From positions 2,455 to 66,454 of the forward strand of contig CAKTUI010000008.1 in assembly GCA_934621385.1 (NCBI GenBank): a stretch of DNA of 64,000 bases. The letters are read 5' to 3'. The position numbers were made by a program, and so were the translations under genes. Position 1 is the first letter of the stretch. Each line of letters begins with the position of its first letter. The notes under the pieces are model-generated. The model did no database searches. It was not told the DNA's origin and worked only from the letters and a program-made list of their open reading frames with translations. This document shows, in pieces, positions 46,728-56,910 of this stretch. This DNA is from an uncultured Kiritimatiellota bacterium. GTDB lineage: Bacteria > Verrucomicrobiota > Kiritimatiellia > RFP12 > UBA1067.

Positions 46728-48215
46728 TTACGCCTCCTTCCGTATCTTGAGAGCCGGCAGATCTTTTCCCCTGTATTGCTCGTTCATAAGGCCCATCTGG
46801 TAGCGGATGGTATAACGCATCTTCATCGCCGGTCTAAAGCAATAACGCACAAAATCCTTCTCGGAGATGTCCGCCGGGGTGCGGACATTCGGGAATAGCA
46901 ATTTTATAAATGCCGTTGAAATGCGTTTGACCGCTTCAGTGTCGCGCTCGTCTGACCCGGACGGCACGTCAATCAATTCGTCAACAACGTGTCTATAGGA
47001 GCTATCGTCACGTAGCTGATGCAGAATCGCCGTAAAATACTCGGAGTTCAAAGCCCATCCGTCGATTTTGAGCGTACTGTTCATGCGTGGGATATTCCAT
47101 CCCTTAATAAAGCCGTGGAAGCGGTCAATCATCGCGGCATCTTGAAACAGTTTAGGTAGATTAGCAAACATATAGGCATAACCATCCTGCTTCATAATTT
47201 CAGGTGCGATGTTGCCGCACAAGACAAATCCGGAGTCCGCAGAGCTGGAGTAATTGCCAACCGAGAACGTCCCTTGCTCCAGATATCCCTGCATTACGCT
47301 CCCCATGCCATCCTCAAAGATCGTCTTTTGAATTTCATCCAAGACGATAAAGTCGTTTTGTCCGACGAGTCCAGACTCACGGCGTCCTGCATCATAGAAA
47401 AGTTTTGCGCGGGTCATCTTGTCGCTGGTGGAAAGCCAGCCATAGCGACTCACTTGCCCGAACAAGTAGGATTTTCCCGTCCCCATCGGAGCAAGCTCCA
47501 TCAAATTGAGGCGTTTTTCCGCAAATGGCAGCACTCGCGAAAGCATGGTCAATTTCATTATTTGCAGATCAGGAAGTTCTGCGTTCTCCGCTTTCGCAGC
47601 ATCATACCCCTCTGCCTTATAGTCAACCGCTCCGAGAATAATGTCAATCCATTCTTGGATCGAAAATTCATTACGTACGTCTTTGTAATAGTTCAAATCA
47701 ATGTCATACGGGCAGAAGTCCCGGAATGAGAGAAGCCTTATCTTACCGGGCATTTTAGGACGCGCCGTATCATCCGGCGGACGATATCCAAGCTCCAGCA
47801 TTCCCCACGTCTCATGCCCAGATGCCAACTTGCCTCTGCACTTGTCCCAGACATCAGCATCAATCATCGTCTCGCGATTCCGAAGACCAAAATCAGGCAA
47901 AGAGAAAGTCACTTCTCCAGTGACAACGTCTATGTTTACAACAATCTTAGCGAGTAGCTTGACGTGCTCAAAGCCAACCACGATTCTGTCTTTGATGCGC
48001 GTCCAGTCATCGTGTTTTGGTATGAATTCGTGGACAAAAGAAAGCATTTCTCCTGCGTCGAACACGCCGTCCGCATTCTCGAACCTTTGCAATAGCCAGT
48101 CGCGCATAAACGACGGCAACCCTATCGTCTTGAAGAGACTTGTCTGCGTCAAGTCCTTGAACACTGCCATCGACTCGAAGCACTTACGAAGTTTATCTGT
48201 GGTTTCCTGTGTCAT
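46728..48215 (-). CDS. brxL: BrxL-like ATPase, short form (no Lon-protease-like C-terminal domain)
   Basis: Walker A LAPMGTGKSYLF and Walker B FIVLDEIQ. The N-terminal region LPSFMRDWLLQRF resembles BrxL / TIGR02688-type proteins (from memory). Strong AAGGAGGT RBS. Confidence 0.65.
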   Translation of the reverse strand: MTQETTDKLRKCFESMAVFKDLTQTSLFKTIGLPSFMRDWLLQRFENADGVFDAGEMLSFVHEFIPKHDDWTRIKDRIVVGFEHVKLLAKIVVNIDVVTGEVTFSLPDFGLRNRETMIDADVWDKCRGKLASGHETWGMLELGYRPPDDTARPKMPGKIRLLSFRDFCPYDIDLNYYKDVRNEFSIQEWIDIILGAVDYKAEGYDAAKAENAELPDLQIMKLTMLSRVLPFAEKRLNLMELAPMGTGKSYLFGQVSRYGWLSTSDKMTRAKLFYDAGRRESGLVGQNDFIVLDEIQKTIFEDGMGSVMQGYLEQGTFSVGNYSSSADSGFVLCGNIAPEIMKQDGYAYMFANLPKLFQDAAMIDRFHGFIKGWNIPRMNSTLKIDGWALNSEYFTAILHQLRDDSSYRHVVDELIDVPSGSDERDTEAVKRISTAFIKLLFPNVRTPADISEKDFVRYCFRPAMKMRYTIRYQMGLMNEQYRGKDLPALKIRKEA

Positions 48216-48234
48216 CTTAAGATACCTCCTTCAA

Positions 48235-50409
48235 TCAAAAGAAATCGTCCTTTTTAATTTGTGCGCCACCGCTCTTCACCACGAAACGCACATCGTTGAT
48301 TTTTGTATTCCCGTCATAAACAACCGCAACATGGTCACCTGCAGAAGGCTTGGGGATTCGGACAGTGTAGCGTCCCGTTTCATTGCCGTCGGCAATCGCT
48401 GCATAGCTGATTCCATCGAATCTGACAGAAGGCGACATCAATGTTGAGGCGCAGAACAGCTGAAGAGTTATTTCCGTATCGCGGAATGTTACCTTGAATT
48501 CGTCTTCCACAAGGCGTACATGAACATTCTTGTCGAGCAATTCAAATTCTATGACCGGCACTACCATTTCCTCCAATGTAGCACCTCCGTGGATTTCAAC
48601 ATCGCCTTTCCTGCCGCCTTTGAAACGGTCGTATCCAGCAAGAACGTGCCATTTCTCGTCATCACTTTCCGTAACACAAGCCGGAAGGACGCCATCGAAC
48701 TCGCTTTTCCGACAGCATCTTCCACCATGTTTTCCTTTCTCCGGCAATTCCCACACCGTTTCAGACTTGGAAATCACAGCAAGGCGAGTCGCTCCGTGAT
48801 CGCTTGTGAGAACAACCTTGCTGCCGGGCTTCTTGCGAAGTCGCATTGCTATTGCATTTATAGACTCCTCGACAACTATCAATTCATGCGGCAGTTCCGT
48901 GGCTGCACCAGTTGACGGCTCGTCGTATTTCTCAAAGTCACCATGCTTTATCTTGTCTAGTCTGGATACAGGAGGCATCTTTTCGCCCTGCCATTCATCA
49001 TAGAAAGAGCGATTGACGCTAGTTATGGAAGGTAATTTCGCCCTGGCAGGCGTGACTTTCAATTTAAGGCCAAGGCGCTCTGCGGCAGATTGAATAAAGC
49101 CAAGGAATTCACAGCCGAGAGCGTCTATCCAGCAAAGAGCAACGCCATTGGTGCCAATACTTTCAAGAACGGACTCGCGTGTCGGCAAAGTGAACTGCGG
49201 ACGGTCTTCGGCAAAATCACGAGCAGCATCCATGAAGCTAGGCTCAATTCGCCCTAATAATTTTTGCCGTTTATAATCCTGAAAGTACTTCGCAAGCACC
49301 TCCACGAACTCACCACTCGAAAAGGAAAATCCGCGCCAGTAGTTCCACATCGCTGGGTATACATTTTCCACAGACACAGGAACCTCTCCTGCGTCCACAA
49401 TCAGCCGTGTTATCTCCTCGCGCTCCACCTCTGTGCAGTCCGTCATGTAGCGGATGCGTTCCGATGGATTGGCAATCCGTCGTGATTCGCGGATGTACTC
49501 AGTCACATCAGCCTTGTCAAATTGCGGAACAATCTTTTTCCTTGCATCATAGAGCCGAGCAAAACGACCATCGTCAACTGAAACATCAAGGATTGCGCAG
49601 AGAAGATTTCTGTGCCACTCTGAATATTGCCTGGTTTTCGATATGGCAAATGCAATATACTGGTCGTCGCCAGTACCGTCTTCAAGGAATCTCAAGAGTG
49701 AATCCGGACTTGACAAGCTATCATCGCGAGCTCGCTCATCATTCAGGAATGCCGTCCATTGTTTTTCTGGGAACATTGTCTCCAGGACGGGACTTTGAGG
49801 ATGCCGTTCCTTATACACTTCATATGCGGAATCAATACGGCGACACCAGTTTGTGTTTAAGGGAACAACTGTCGTTATGGCAGTTATCGAATTATCGCAA
49901 CCGTCCTCAAGAATCCGCAAGAGCGCCCTAAAGCCATTTGCTTTTGCGTTCTTGATAAGGCCGTCTCGAAAAATACGTAGCGACCAATGTTTTTCGGATT
50001 TTGCGAAGGACACGCCTCTTCGGCCCAGTATTCGAGGATCGTTTCTTGACTCTTCTTCGATAAACTCATGCACGCCCCATACTGGTACGACAAGACGAAG
50101 GCTGTGCAAAGGAAGCCCAAATATCCATTTCTTCACTTCTCTGTCGCCAGAAAGCGCAGCGTATTCGCCAATGCCAAGAAGAATCGCCTTGCCCTCCATG
50201 TGTGTAAGCGTGTCGCCAAGAGCGTCCAAGTCTGGAAGCGCATCGGATGCTCGGCAGAAATCGCTGACACGTACCTTCTCGCATGAGGAAAGCGATGTGA
50301 CAAGCATTGATAGGTCTGTGGACGCATCAAACGCCACGAAAAACGGGTTAGTCGCACCATTCCCGTTCAGATATTCCTGCGCAGCATTGACAATATCCAT
50401 GATCATCAT
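48235..50409 (-). CDS. pglZ: PglZ alkaline-phosphatase-superfamily protein
   Basis: 724 aa with CWIDALGCEF and VVLTSDHGATRL motifs characteristic of the PglZ domain. ATGA overlap with brxC. Confidence 0.8.
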   Translation of the reverse strand: MMIMDIVNAAQEYLNGNGATNPFFVAFDASTDLSMLVTSLSSCEKVRVSDFCRASDALPDLDALGDTLTHMEGKAILLGIGEYAALSGDREVKKWIFGLPLHSLRLVVPVWGVHEFIEEESRNDPRILGRRGVSFAKSEKHWSLRIFRDGLIKNAKANGFRALLRILEDGCDNSITAITTVVPLNTNWCRRIDSAYEVYKERHPQSPVLETMFPEKQWTAFLNDERARDDSLSSPDSLLRFLEDGTGDDQYIAFAISKTRQYSEWHRNLLCAILDVSVDDGRFARLYDARKKIVPQFDKADVTEYIRESRRIANPSERIRYMTDCTEVEREEITRLIVDAGEVPVSVENVYPAMWNYWRGFSFSSGEFVEVLAKYFQDYKRQKLLGRIEPSFMDAARDFAEDRPQFTLPTRESVLESIGTNGVALCWIDALGCEFLGFIQSAAERLGLKLKVTPARAKLPSITSVNRSFYDEWQGEKMPPVSRLDKIKHGDFEKYDEPSTGAATELPHELIVVEESINAIAMRLRKKPGSKVVLTSDHGATRLAVISKSETVWELPEKGKHGGRCCRKSEFDGVLPACVTESDDEKWHVLAGYDRFKGGRKGDVEIHGGATLEEMVVPVIEFELLDKNVHVRLVEDEFKVTFRDTEITLQLFCASTLMSPSVRFDGISYAAIADGNETGRYTVRIPKPSAGDHVAVVYDGNTKINDVRFVVKSGGAQIKKDDFF

Positions 50410-53400
50410 TCCTTTGAAAGGATCGCAAGCCCTACATCAAGCGAATTAACGACAAGATCTACGAGGTACTGCTTTGCTTCATCCGCACTCATTGCCCTTA
50501 CTTTTCCGCGCACTCTCTCAGCACAGTTCAAGTTGTATTCGCTTTCGGCAAGTTTCTGGAGCGTTGCTTCAAGACGCGGATCGACAAGCCAGCTGTCTGG
50601 GTCTGCACTCAACTTGTTCAGTCGAGACCTAACGGACGCAAGGTCTGTCAGCACTACCGCATAGCGGCCGAGAACGCCGCGTCGGAATGCATCGTCAGCC
50701 TTTTCCCCGTCAAACCAACAAAACACTTCTGGGTGTACAGTAAAGAAATCGAGTGCCGCATCGACATTTGCAACGGACGATTCCTTGTTATTCAAAGCAC
50801 CTATTGCCTTACGGACGCCGTCCAGAAGTGGCGTCCCCTCTGCCGGCACCATAGCGAGAACTGGTGTTGCAAATTGCTTCGCCCATGCCGACGGAGTTGT
50901 CGTGCCGGTTTCTTCATTCCACAGCGATAGCAACTTTGTCCGTCCCTGTTGACTTTTAATTTCAGAGACCTTCTGGACGAGCATCTGCTCGTAGGTCGGC
51001 TTATCGGCAAGGAACGACGATTTGTCCAACCCAGTAAGATAAAGATCATCCATCTCCTGTGTGTCAAGCCCTGAAAGTTGCTCGCTGTAAGTTGCCTTGA
51101 ACAAAGCAAGGCATCCTTCAAGCATATCACGGTTGACATCACCCATATCGGTGATTTCACGGAAGAACGCATCTCGCCTGTCATTCTGTTCCAGCCGCCC
51201 CCCAGATGCAATGTCCTTTAGAAGGCCAAGGAAGGTCTTGGATTGCGGCTTAAGTGCCACAAGAGTGGCACAGGGGATACGTATCGTGCGCGTTTTATCC
51301 CGCCACGCTTCCATACACTCCCAGAAAGAATTCACCGGCGTTATGAATCCACGCTTGGACGATTCCGCAACTATGCGGTAGTCCCTCAAAAGTGCGCGTA
51401 TTTCATTTTCTCCAGTCTCACGATGCCAGAGCCATGCGCCGTCAGTACCGAAACAACGACGGACATCAGCAAGAGGGTCGGAAGCGTTTATTTCTTCCGC
51501 CGTCTTTCGGAAAAGCCCATCATCAAATTCGTCAAGCCAAGCGTTCATTGCTTTAGTGGCATTTTCCTTTGTGAACAGAGCCGAAAGCCTGGCCTCCACA
51601 CCGGGATCACCTGCTGCCATGCGTCCAATCTCGGTTGCAACGCCGGAGAGCGTGGCACCTTTCTGATTGGCCGGATTGGTGAGGAGAGTAAATTGCTCGA
51701 TGTAGCGTTCCGAACCGACGGACTCAGGCAATGCCTCGAAACACCACAAGGGGTATTGGAAGTCGCGTATTCGCACGGCCAAATCATGCGCCACAATGTC
51801 TATCGAGGCATTCTCCCCAAGGTTGAACACCGCCTTTGCAAGATCTGCGAACCGCCGCTGTTCCTCTGTCAGAACTCCGATGTATGCTTCGTGATATCTT
51901 CCGCTACCAGTGCCGAGAACCTTCTTAAAACAGGCGAGAATCGCCTCTGTCATGTTCGCCACAGTGAGAGGCGGACTTTCTCCGTCTCGGACGAAGCGAT
52001 AATCCCCGCCCACATATTCTTTGAGGAGATATCCCACAAGAAAACCGTGCAACGCAGTAGGCATGAATCCAGCATCGAAGAGTGTTTCTATAATTTCGCC
52101 AAACTCGACTCTGCCTTCACCGCCAGACTTGAATGCGTATTTGAGCTTCTGCTCTACCTTTGACTTGATCTTGGAGATTGTCTGTGTAGGCGCGACTTTC
52201 CAATAATCCACTTTGTCTTTAACAGAGCCTATAAGGGCGTTTTCTGATGCGGCATCCATCTTGCCGCCTTTCTCCCCATTCGGGAGATGCCCAAGGCCAC
52301 CATACACGCCGGCGGACACCTCGGCTTTTGTCGCTTGGTTGAACTGAGTGTCTTTCAAGCCACGCTCAAACTCAAGCGCAAGTGGATACTTTTCAAGTAC
52401 CGACAAACGCATCTCTTCTCCAACCTCAGAAGCCCCGTGGCAAACCACACCAGTTGCATTTCGCTTCGTCCGCACGGTAAACGCACCAGTTGCAATTTTG
52501 TCTCTCCATGCGGAAAGTATCTTCTCCGCCTCGGATAATGCATTGTTGGACTGTTGCGCGTCTTTGCGAGCATACCAATTTGCTCTGGCCTTGTATTCAG
52601 CCCACTTTGCGAAATCGCCATCATCCAATTCCACGGAAGTCGCATCGATGAATACTACATTGCCGCTTCTCGGATCTGCGAGTGCCTTGCTTATCGCCTC
52701 TTTTGCAGCAACTGCATCCAGACTGTTCCGGCCAACCACAATCATGGCTCGCATCCTATAGTTCTTGGCATCTTGAGCCAAGAGCTGTCCAAGAATCTGC
52801 GAGAACGAATCCGGACCAGCAAGGCGTATGTCGAATCTCTCCTCCAATGGACGCGACAGCCGAAGCACCTCTTCGCGTTGCCAATCCTTCAGCAGTTCCT
52901 TCGTCTTGGTTGTATGGAGGTAATTCTCCTTGAGTTTTTCAATTTCCTGCAAATCGCGACCACCGGTGGCCATTGGTGCCTGATAGACACGCTTCCCATT
53001 CACCTCTTCCACAAAAAGAATCTTGTCGGAGTTTGCAAGCTTGTTGGCAAGTGTTATTCCCGTGCCGCTTTCGAGACCCTCCACGCCCTCGAACGCAAGG
53101 CGAAGATTCTCCTCTGTCGCAAGAAACTCCGGCGGATTGTTGAGTTTCTTTGCAAGCGCCTGAAATATGAGAATAGTTTTCAGAACACGCTTCTCGGCAG
53201 AAACGAGCTTGCTGGATTTGTCGGGATACACTTCGAGAATCGCCCTTACTTGTGCATCTAGATTGCTCTTCCCGGTTTCGCCGGTACCTCTCAGCGTCTT
53301 GCCAGTCTCGTAGAAGTAGTCCCAAAGCAGATCAACGCCTAGCACGTCACCGTTCTCTGGGGAATGGTTCTTTATGTACCACTTAAACGCACGGGCATCC

Positions 53401-54620
53401 TCTTCCGCAGCAATAAACGTGAACATACTCCGTTGATTAGAGTCAAAAAGCGCGGCGATGTTCTTGAGAGCCAATGCGGCATATGGATGAAAAGGCAGCA
53501 TAGCACGAAATACGCCCTCATCAACGTCCTTAAGCATCTTCGCAATCTTCCGCCGCGGTTCCTCCATGCGCTCGTTCAAATCGTCAGAAAGCGCATCCCA
53601 CTCCTGTTTGAAAGCAGGCTTCACCTTCAGCGCATCGCCGATCAGCTCAAATGCAATGTTTTCAGGAAGGCTTATCTCCATCGTCGGCTTGAAACGGTCG
53701 ACAATAATTTGTGCAGAATTGTCGTTTTCCGGCAGGAACGATGTCGTGAAATGGGTTACAATCACAAGATTGAATCTAGTCAAGCCGGAAAGTTCCGCAA
53801 GCGACTGCAATGTATCGAGCTTCGTCTTGTTGTTCTTAAAGAACGCAGAGAACTCATCCCACACAAGTATGAGATGCAGATTGTTCTTCTCTACAGTTTC
53901 GCGTATCCAGGATGCAAGGTCTTCCTTTGAGAATCGTAGCGCTGTTATACCCTTGTCCTTGGCGAGACGACGGATTTCCTTAAGCAGATCGTCCGCCATA
54001 CCGCTTCCCTTTAGTGTCGCAAGCACATCGTCCGCAGACTTGCCGGCGAAGCATCCCTTATGGCAATATGGCGATTCCTTAATAAGCGCGTTGAAATAAG
54101 CTCGTTCTGTATTGCCCTCCAACCACTTGGCAATGCCACCACGCAGGGTCGCACCCGCATCGTATGGTACGCCGGAGTCCTCCAGCGCCTTTGAAAGACT
54201 TGAAAAGACGGCCTCAACAAGGTCTTCCGGGCCGGATATTGCATCAGACCCGTGCCGAGCGGCAACAACGATTTTTCTCGCCTTCCGATGACCGGCGAGT
54301 TTCTTTTTAAGGTCGCCCTCTGCTTTGAGAGGCGCATAATCATCGAAGTATGTGTTGAAATCAACATCGCTGCAGGTCAGAAGGCTACGAAGCGTCCACG
54401 TCACCTGGCTCTTGCCTGTACCATACGCGCCATGAACCCAAATGGAGTGTTTGTCCATCTCGCTGCCGCGCGCAAGCATCTTCTCAAGACGCTTCAAAAG
54501 CGCGACGAAGGTCTTGTGGGGGTATGTCGCTTTCCATCCGTCCGGATGCGCATCAAATGTGGCCTGTGTAATCTCTGGCGGATTGTACTTAAGCTGGAAG
54601 TAATCGCTGTAGTTGGACAT
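50406..54620 (-). CDS. brxC: BrxC/PglY-like P-loop ATPase (1404 aa)
   Basis: Walker A VHGAYGTGKSQ and Walker B LILVWDEF near the N-terminus of a very long protein. Start set to the ATG at 54620, 9 nt after AGGAGG. The tracked start at 54641 overlaps brxP. Confidence 0.75.
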   Translation of the reverse strand: MSNYSDYFQLKYNPPEITQATFDAHPDGWKATYPHKTFVALLKRLEKMLARGSEMDKHSIWVHGAYGTGKSQVTWTLRSLLTCSDVDFNTYFDDYAPLKAEGDLKKKLAGHRKARKIVVAARHGSDAISGPEDLVEAVFSSLSKALEDSGVPYDAGATLRGGIAKWLEGNTERAYFNALIKESPYCHKGCFAGKSADDVLATLKGSGMADDLLKEIRRLAKDKGITALRFSKEDLASWIRETVEKNNLHLILVWDEFSAFFKNNKTKLDTLQSLAELSGLTRFNLVIVTHFTTSFLPENDNSAQIIVDRFKPTMEISLPENIAFELIGDALKVKPAFKQEWDALSDDLNERMEEPRRKIAKMLKDVDEGVFRAMLPFHPYAALALKNIAALFDSNQRSMFTFIAAEEDARAFKWYIKNHSPENGDVLGVDLLWDYFYETGKTLRGTGETGKSNLDAQVRAILEVYPDKSSKLVSAEKRVLKTILIFQALAKKLNNPPEFLATEENLRLAFEGVEGLESGTGITLANKLANSDKILFVEEVNGKRVYQAPMATGGRDLQEIEKLKENYLHTTKTKELLKDWQREEVLRLSRPLEERFDIRLAGPDSFSQILGQLLAQDAKNYRMRAMIVVGRNSLDAVAAKEAISKALADPRSGNVVFIDATSVELDDGDFAKWAEYKARANWYARKDAQQSNNALSEAEKILSAWRDKIATGAFTVRTKRNATGVVCHGASEVGEEMRLSVLEKYPLALEFERGLKDTQFNQATKAEVSAGVYGGLGHLPNGEKGGKMDAASENALIGSVKDKVDYWKVAPTQTISKIKSKVEQKLKYAFKSGGEGRVEFGEIIETLFDAGFMPTALHGFLVGYLLKEYVGGDYRFVRDGESPPLTVANMTEAILACFKKVLGTGSGRYHEAYIGVLTEEQRRFADLAKAVFNLGENASIDIVAHDLAVRIRDFQYPLWCFEALPESVGSERYIEQFTLLTNPANQKGATLSGVATEIGRMAAGDPGVEARLSALFTKENATKAMNAWLDEFDDGLFRKTAEEINASDPLADVRRCFGTDGAWLWHRETGENEIRALLRDYRIVAESSKRGFITPVNSFWECMEAWRDKTRTIRIPCATLVALKPQSKTFLGLLKDIASGGRLEQNDRRDAFFREITDMGDVNRDMLEGCLALFKATYSEQLSGLDTQEMDDLYLTGLDKSSFLADKPTYEQMLVQKVSEIKSQQGRTKLLSLWNEETGTTTPSAWAKQFATPVLAMVPAEGTPLLDGVRKAIGALNNKESSVANVDAALDFFTVHPEVFCWFDGEKADDAFRRGVLGRYAVVLTDLASVRSRLNKLSADPDSWLVDPRLEATLQKLAESEYNLNCAERVRGKVRAMSADEAKQYLVDLVVNSLDVGLAILSKE

Positions 54621-54633
54621 TACTGTTTCCCTC

Positions 54634-56910
54634 CTATACATTGAACAAGGCTATGACGTTAGCGGGAGTCTTGTCATCGGCGAGACGAACAAGCTCCAGG
54701 TCGTGTGTAGTGGTAAACGTAACGAAATCTGGATTTGTCCGTGAAAGCCCATTCAGGAGCGCCTCCATTTCGTCGCGCGCGAGCGCAAATATCTGCGCCG
54801 GGCTAACCCCCTCCGCCTCAACCGTGAAGTCCATAAGGCGTGAGAGAGGAAACTCCCAATATCCGCCACACTTTTCAGCGAACTTGTAGAGCGCATAAAG
54901 CATGACAAGCGGCGACGGCGCAACCGTCTTCGTTCGAGTGAGCGAAACGATGTCCTGTCCCTTTGATACGACCCGACCAAAGTGGAAGCGCGTACTTAGC
55001 GGTATGTTGCACAGCCTTCCGAATGCGCGAATAACCGACATCACCCCATCTGGCTTAAGCCCAGTGACAGCTATCATGTCGTATAGTTCCTGACGGGGGT
55101 ATTCGCGCCCCACATCCATATTCCGCACATACCATTCGATTTGTGGATTGTCATATGAGAGGTTGGTGAGAATCAAACCCCATGTATCCTCTGCGTTCAT
55201 GCCTATCCGCCTTGCTAATTCAAAGAATGGAGTTGCCTTATTCTTTGCAAGCAGTCCGGCATCTGAAAGGAAGCGTTTAAATTTAGTTATCTGCATAGGC
55301 CCCAGCGAGTTGTTTGACACAAAGTCAGAACCTCGGGAAAAGAAATCCGTGACCCATTCTGGCTTCGGGGCGTGCGTAGCGAATGTGTTTATGCTTTTCA
55401 TGTCTATTCTCTCCAGTGTTGCCTTCTTAAGTGAATCGGCTCGATAGCAGCCTTTCTCAATTTCATGGCATAGTCCGCAATGTATGCAATTGTCAATGTG
55501 TAGCCCATTCTTAAAAGAGAGCGCACCTGAACGACAATTCGCCTCACATTCACCGCATCCAACGCAATATGATGCCTTATAAAAACATTGTTTGAGCCTC
55601 CTACCAAGAGAGGTCTTCGTGAGTGCGGACGGATACGATACTATCAGCACACCATCTGATTCTGTGGCTTCTAAATCAACAGGTCCATTTAGTGTCTTGA
55701 TCCATTCTCGCCAGTCTGTTGTTGGATTAAGAAGGCGAAGTGTCGTACGGCCATCTTTGGTTGCTTCTTGTATCTTCTCTTCGTTACCCTTAATGTCCCT
55801 GCCGTTCTTTCGAGCGACCCATCCACATTTCGCAATATATTCATTTGTGTCAGGGCAACTAATGCTACTCTTTACGTAATTAATAAATCGGTCAACGCCA
55901 TCCTTATAGGCAGTATGCTCAAAATAATCAGAACGGCCACCTGCACCGAGGGGACAAAAAAGACACCCTACGCGCACCATTCCCTTTACATAGGCACCGT
56001 TAATGAGTAATTGACGCGAGAAAATATAAATCCAAACCTCTGCGCTTGACCATTCCTGCATCGCATTGAAGGAGTATTGCCCCATCTGTTTCTTACTAAA
56101 ATTCAGATAGTCATACTGTGAGCGAGCATCACTCTCATGTCCTCTCACTCCAACAAAAGCCATTCCCGTATAGTCTCTTTTCCCGAGTATCTCGCGGATT
56201 TTGAGCGTCTGAGGGACGGACTTATGGACGGTACAGCACCATCTAAGAGCATGTGATGGCGGTCCGAAGAGCCGCCACGATTCCTCTGGCGTAAAACAGG
56301 ACTTTGCACGGTAAAACGCGATACCATCCGCCTTGCATCTCGCTTCCACAGCCTCAACGGCTTTATAGGTGTCAGGGAATTCCATCCCCGTATCGCCAAA
56401 CACAACCATGAATGCGGTGCGGGGCAATGCGCGACGGACGAGTTCCAGAAGCGCAATCGAATCTTTGCCGCCCGAAAACGCCACATGGAAACAATCAAGC
56501 TTCTTTTCGTATTTGCGATAGATGTCGTATATCTTCTTGACGGTGAGCGTTTCCAGCGCCTCAATACGGAGACGGTTTTTTGCGATCATCGCCTCAACAT
56601 CCACGGGGATGAGTGTTGTTCCCTTTGGAAGTATCTCTTTGCCGGCCTCGTCCCTCAAGAGTTCAATTTCTGGTTTTACATAGAGGGAGCCGCCATTCGT
56701 CTTGGCTACCTTTTGACCGCGATACCAATAAAAATTCGACTCGGCCCAGAGGTACGGGGCGTCACTCGTGTTGTCATATTTCCAGAAATCTCCAAACCCC
56801 AACAAGTCGAGTTCTGCCGCCCATACTGGTCTGGGTTCTTTTGAGAATTCCGAAAGCGAATCCGCAAGTAGCAGGCCTCCTGTTTCTGGATCATGTGAAT
56901 ATGTGTACAT
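54634..56910 (-). CDS. brxP: BrxP-like PAPS-reductase / PP-loop ATP pyrophosphatase with an Fe-S cluster region and a ~250-aa C-terminal domain
   Basis: PP-loop AFSGGKDSIALLEL. PAPS-reductase-family body. Ferredoxin-like CVGCGECEANC...CIHCGLCHEIEKGC. The real start MYTYSHDPETGG at 56910 overlaps the upstream stop (TAATG). Confidence 0.8.
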   Translation of the reverse strand: MYTYSHDPETGGLLLADSLSEFSKEPRPVWAAELDLLGFGDFWKYDNTSDAPYLWAESNFYWYRGQKVAKTNGGSLYVKPEIELLRDEAGKEILPKGTTLIPVDVEAMIAKNRLRIEALETLTVKKIYDIYRKYEKKLDCFHVAFSGGKDSIALLELVRRALPRTAFMVVFGDTGMEFPDTYKAVEAVEARCKADGIAFYRAKSCFTPEESWRLFGPPSHALRWCCTVHKSVPQTLKIREILGKRDYTGMAFVGVRGHESDARSQYDYLNFSKKQMGQYSFNAMQEWSSAEVWIYIFSRQLLINGAYVKGMVRVGCLFCPLGAGGRSDYFEHTAYKDGVDRFINYVKSSISCPDTNEYIAKCGWVARKNGRDIKGNEEKIQEATKDGRTTLRLLNPTTDWREWIKTLNGPVDLEATESDGVLIVSYPSALTKTSLGRRLKQCFYKASYCVGCGECEANCRSGALSFKNGLHIDNCIHCGLCHEIEKGCYRADSLKKATLERIDMKSINTFATHAPKPEWVTDFFSRGSDFVSNNSLGPMQITKFKRFLSDAGLLAKNKATPFFELARRIGMNAEDTWGLILTNLSYDNPQIEWYVRNMDVGREYPRQELYDMIAVTGLKPDGVMSVIRAFGRLCNIPLSTRFHFGRVVSKGQDIVSLTRTKTVAPSPLVMLYALYKFAEKCGGYWEFPLSRLMDFTVEAEGVSPAQIFALARDEMEALLNGLSRTNPDFVTFTTTHDLELVRLADDKTPANVIALFNV

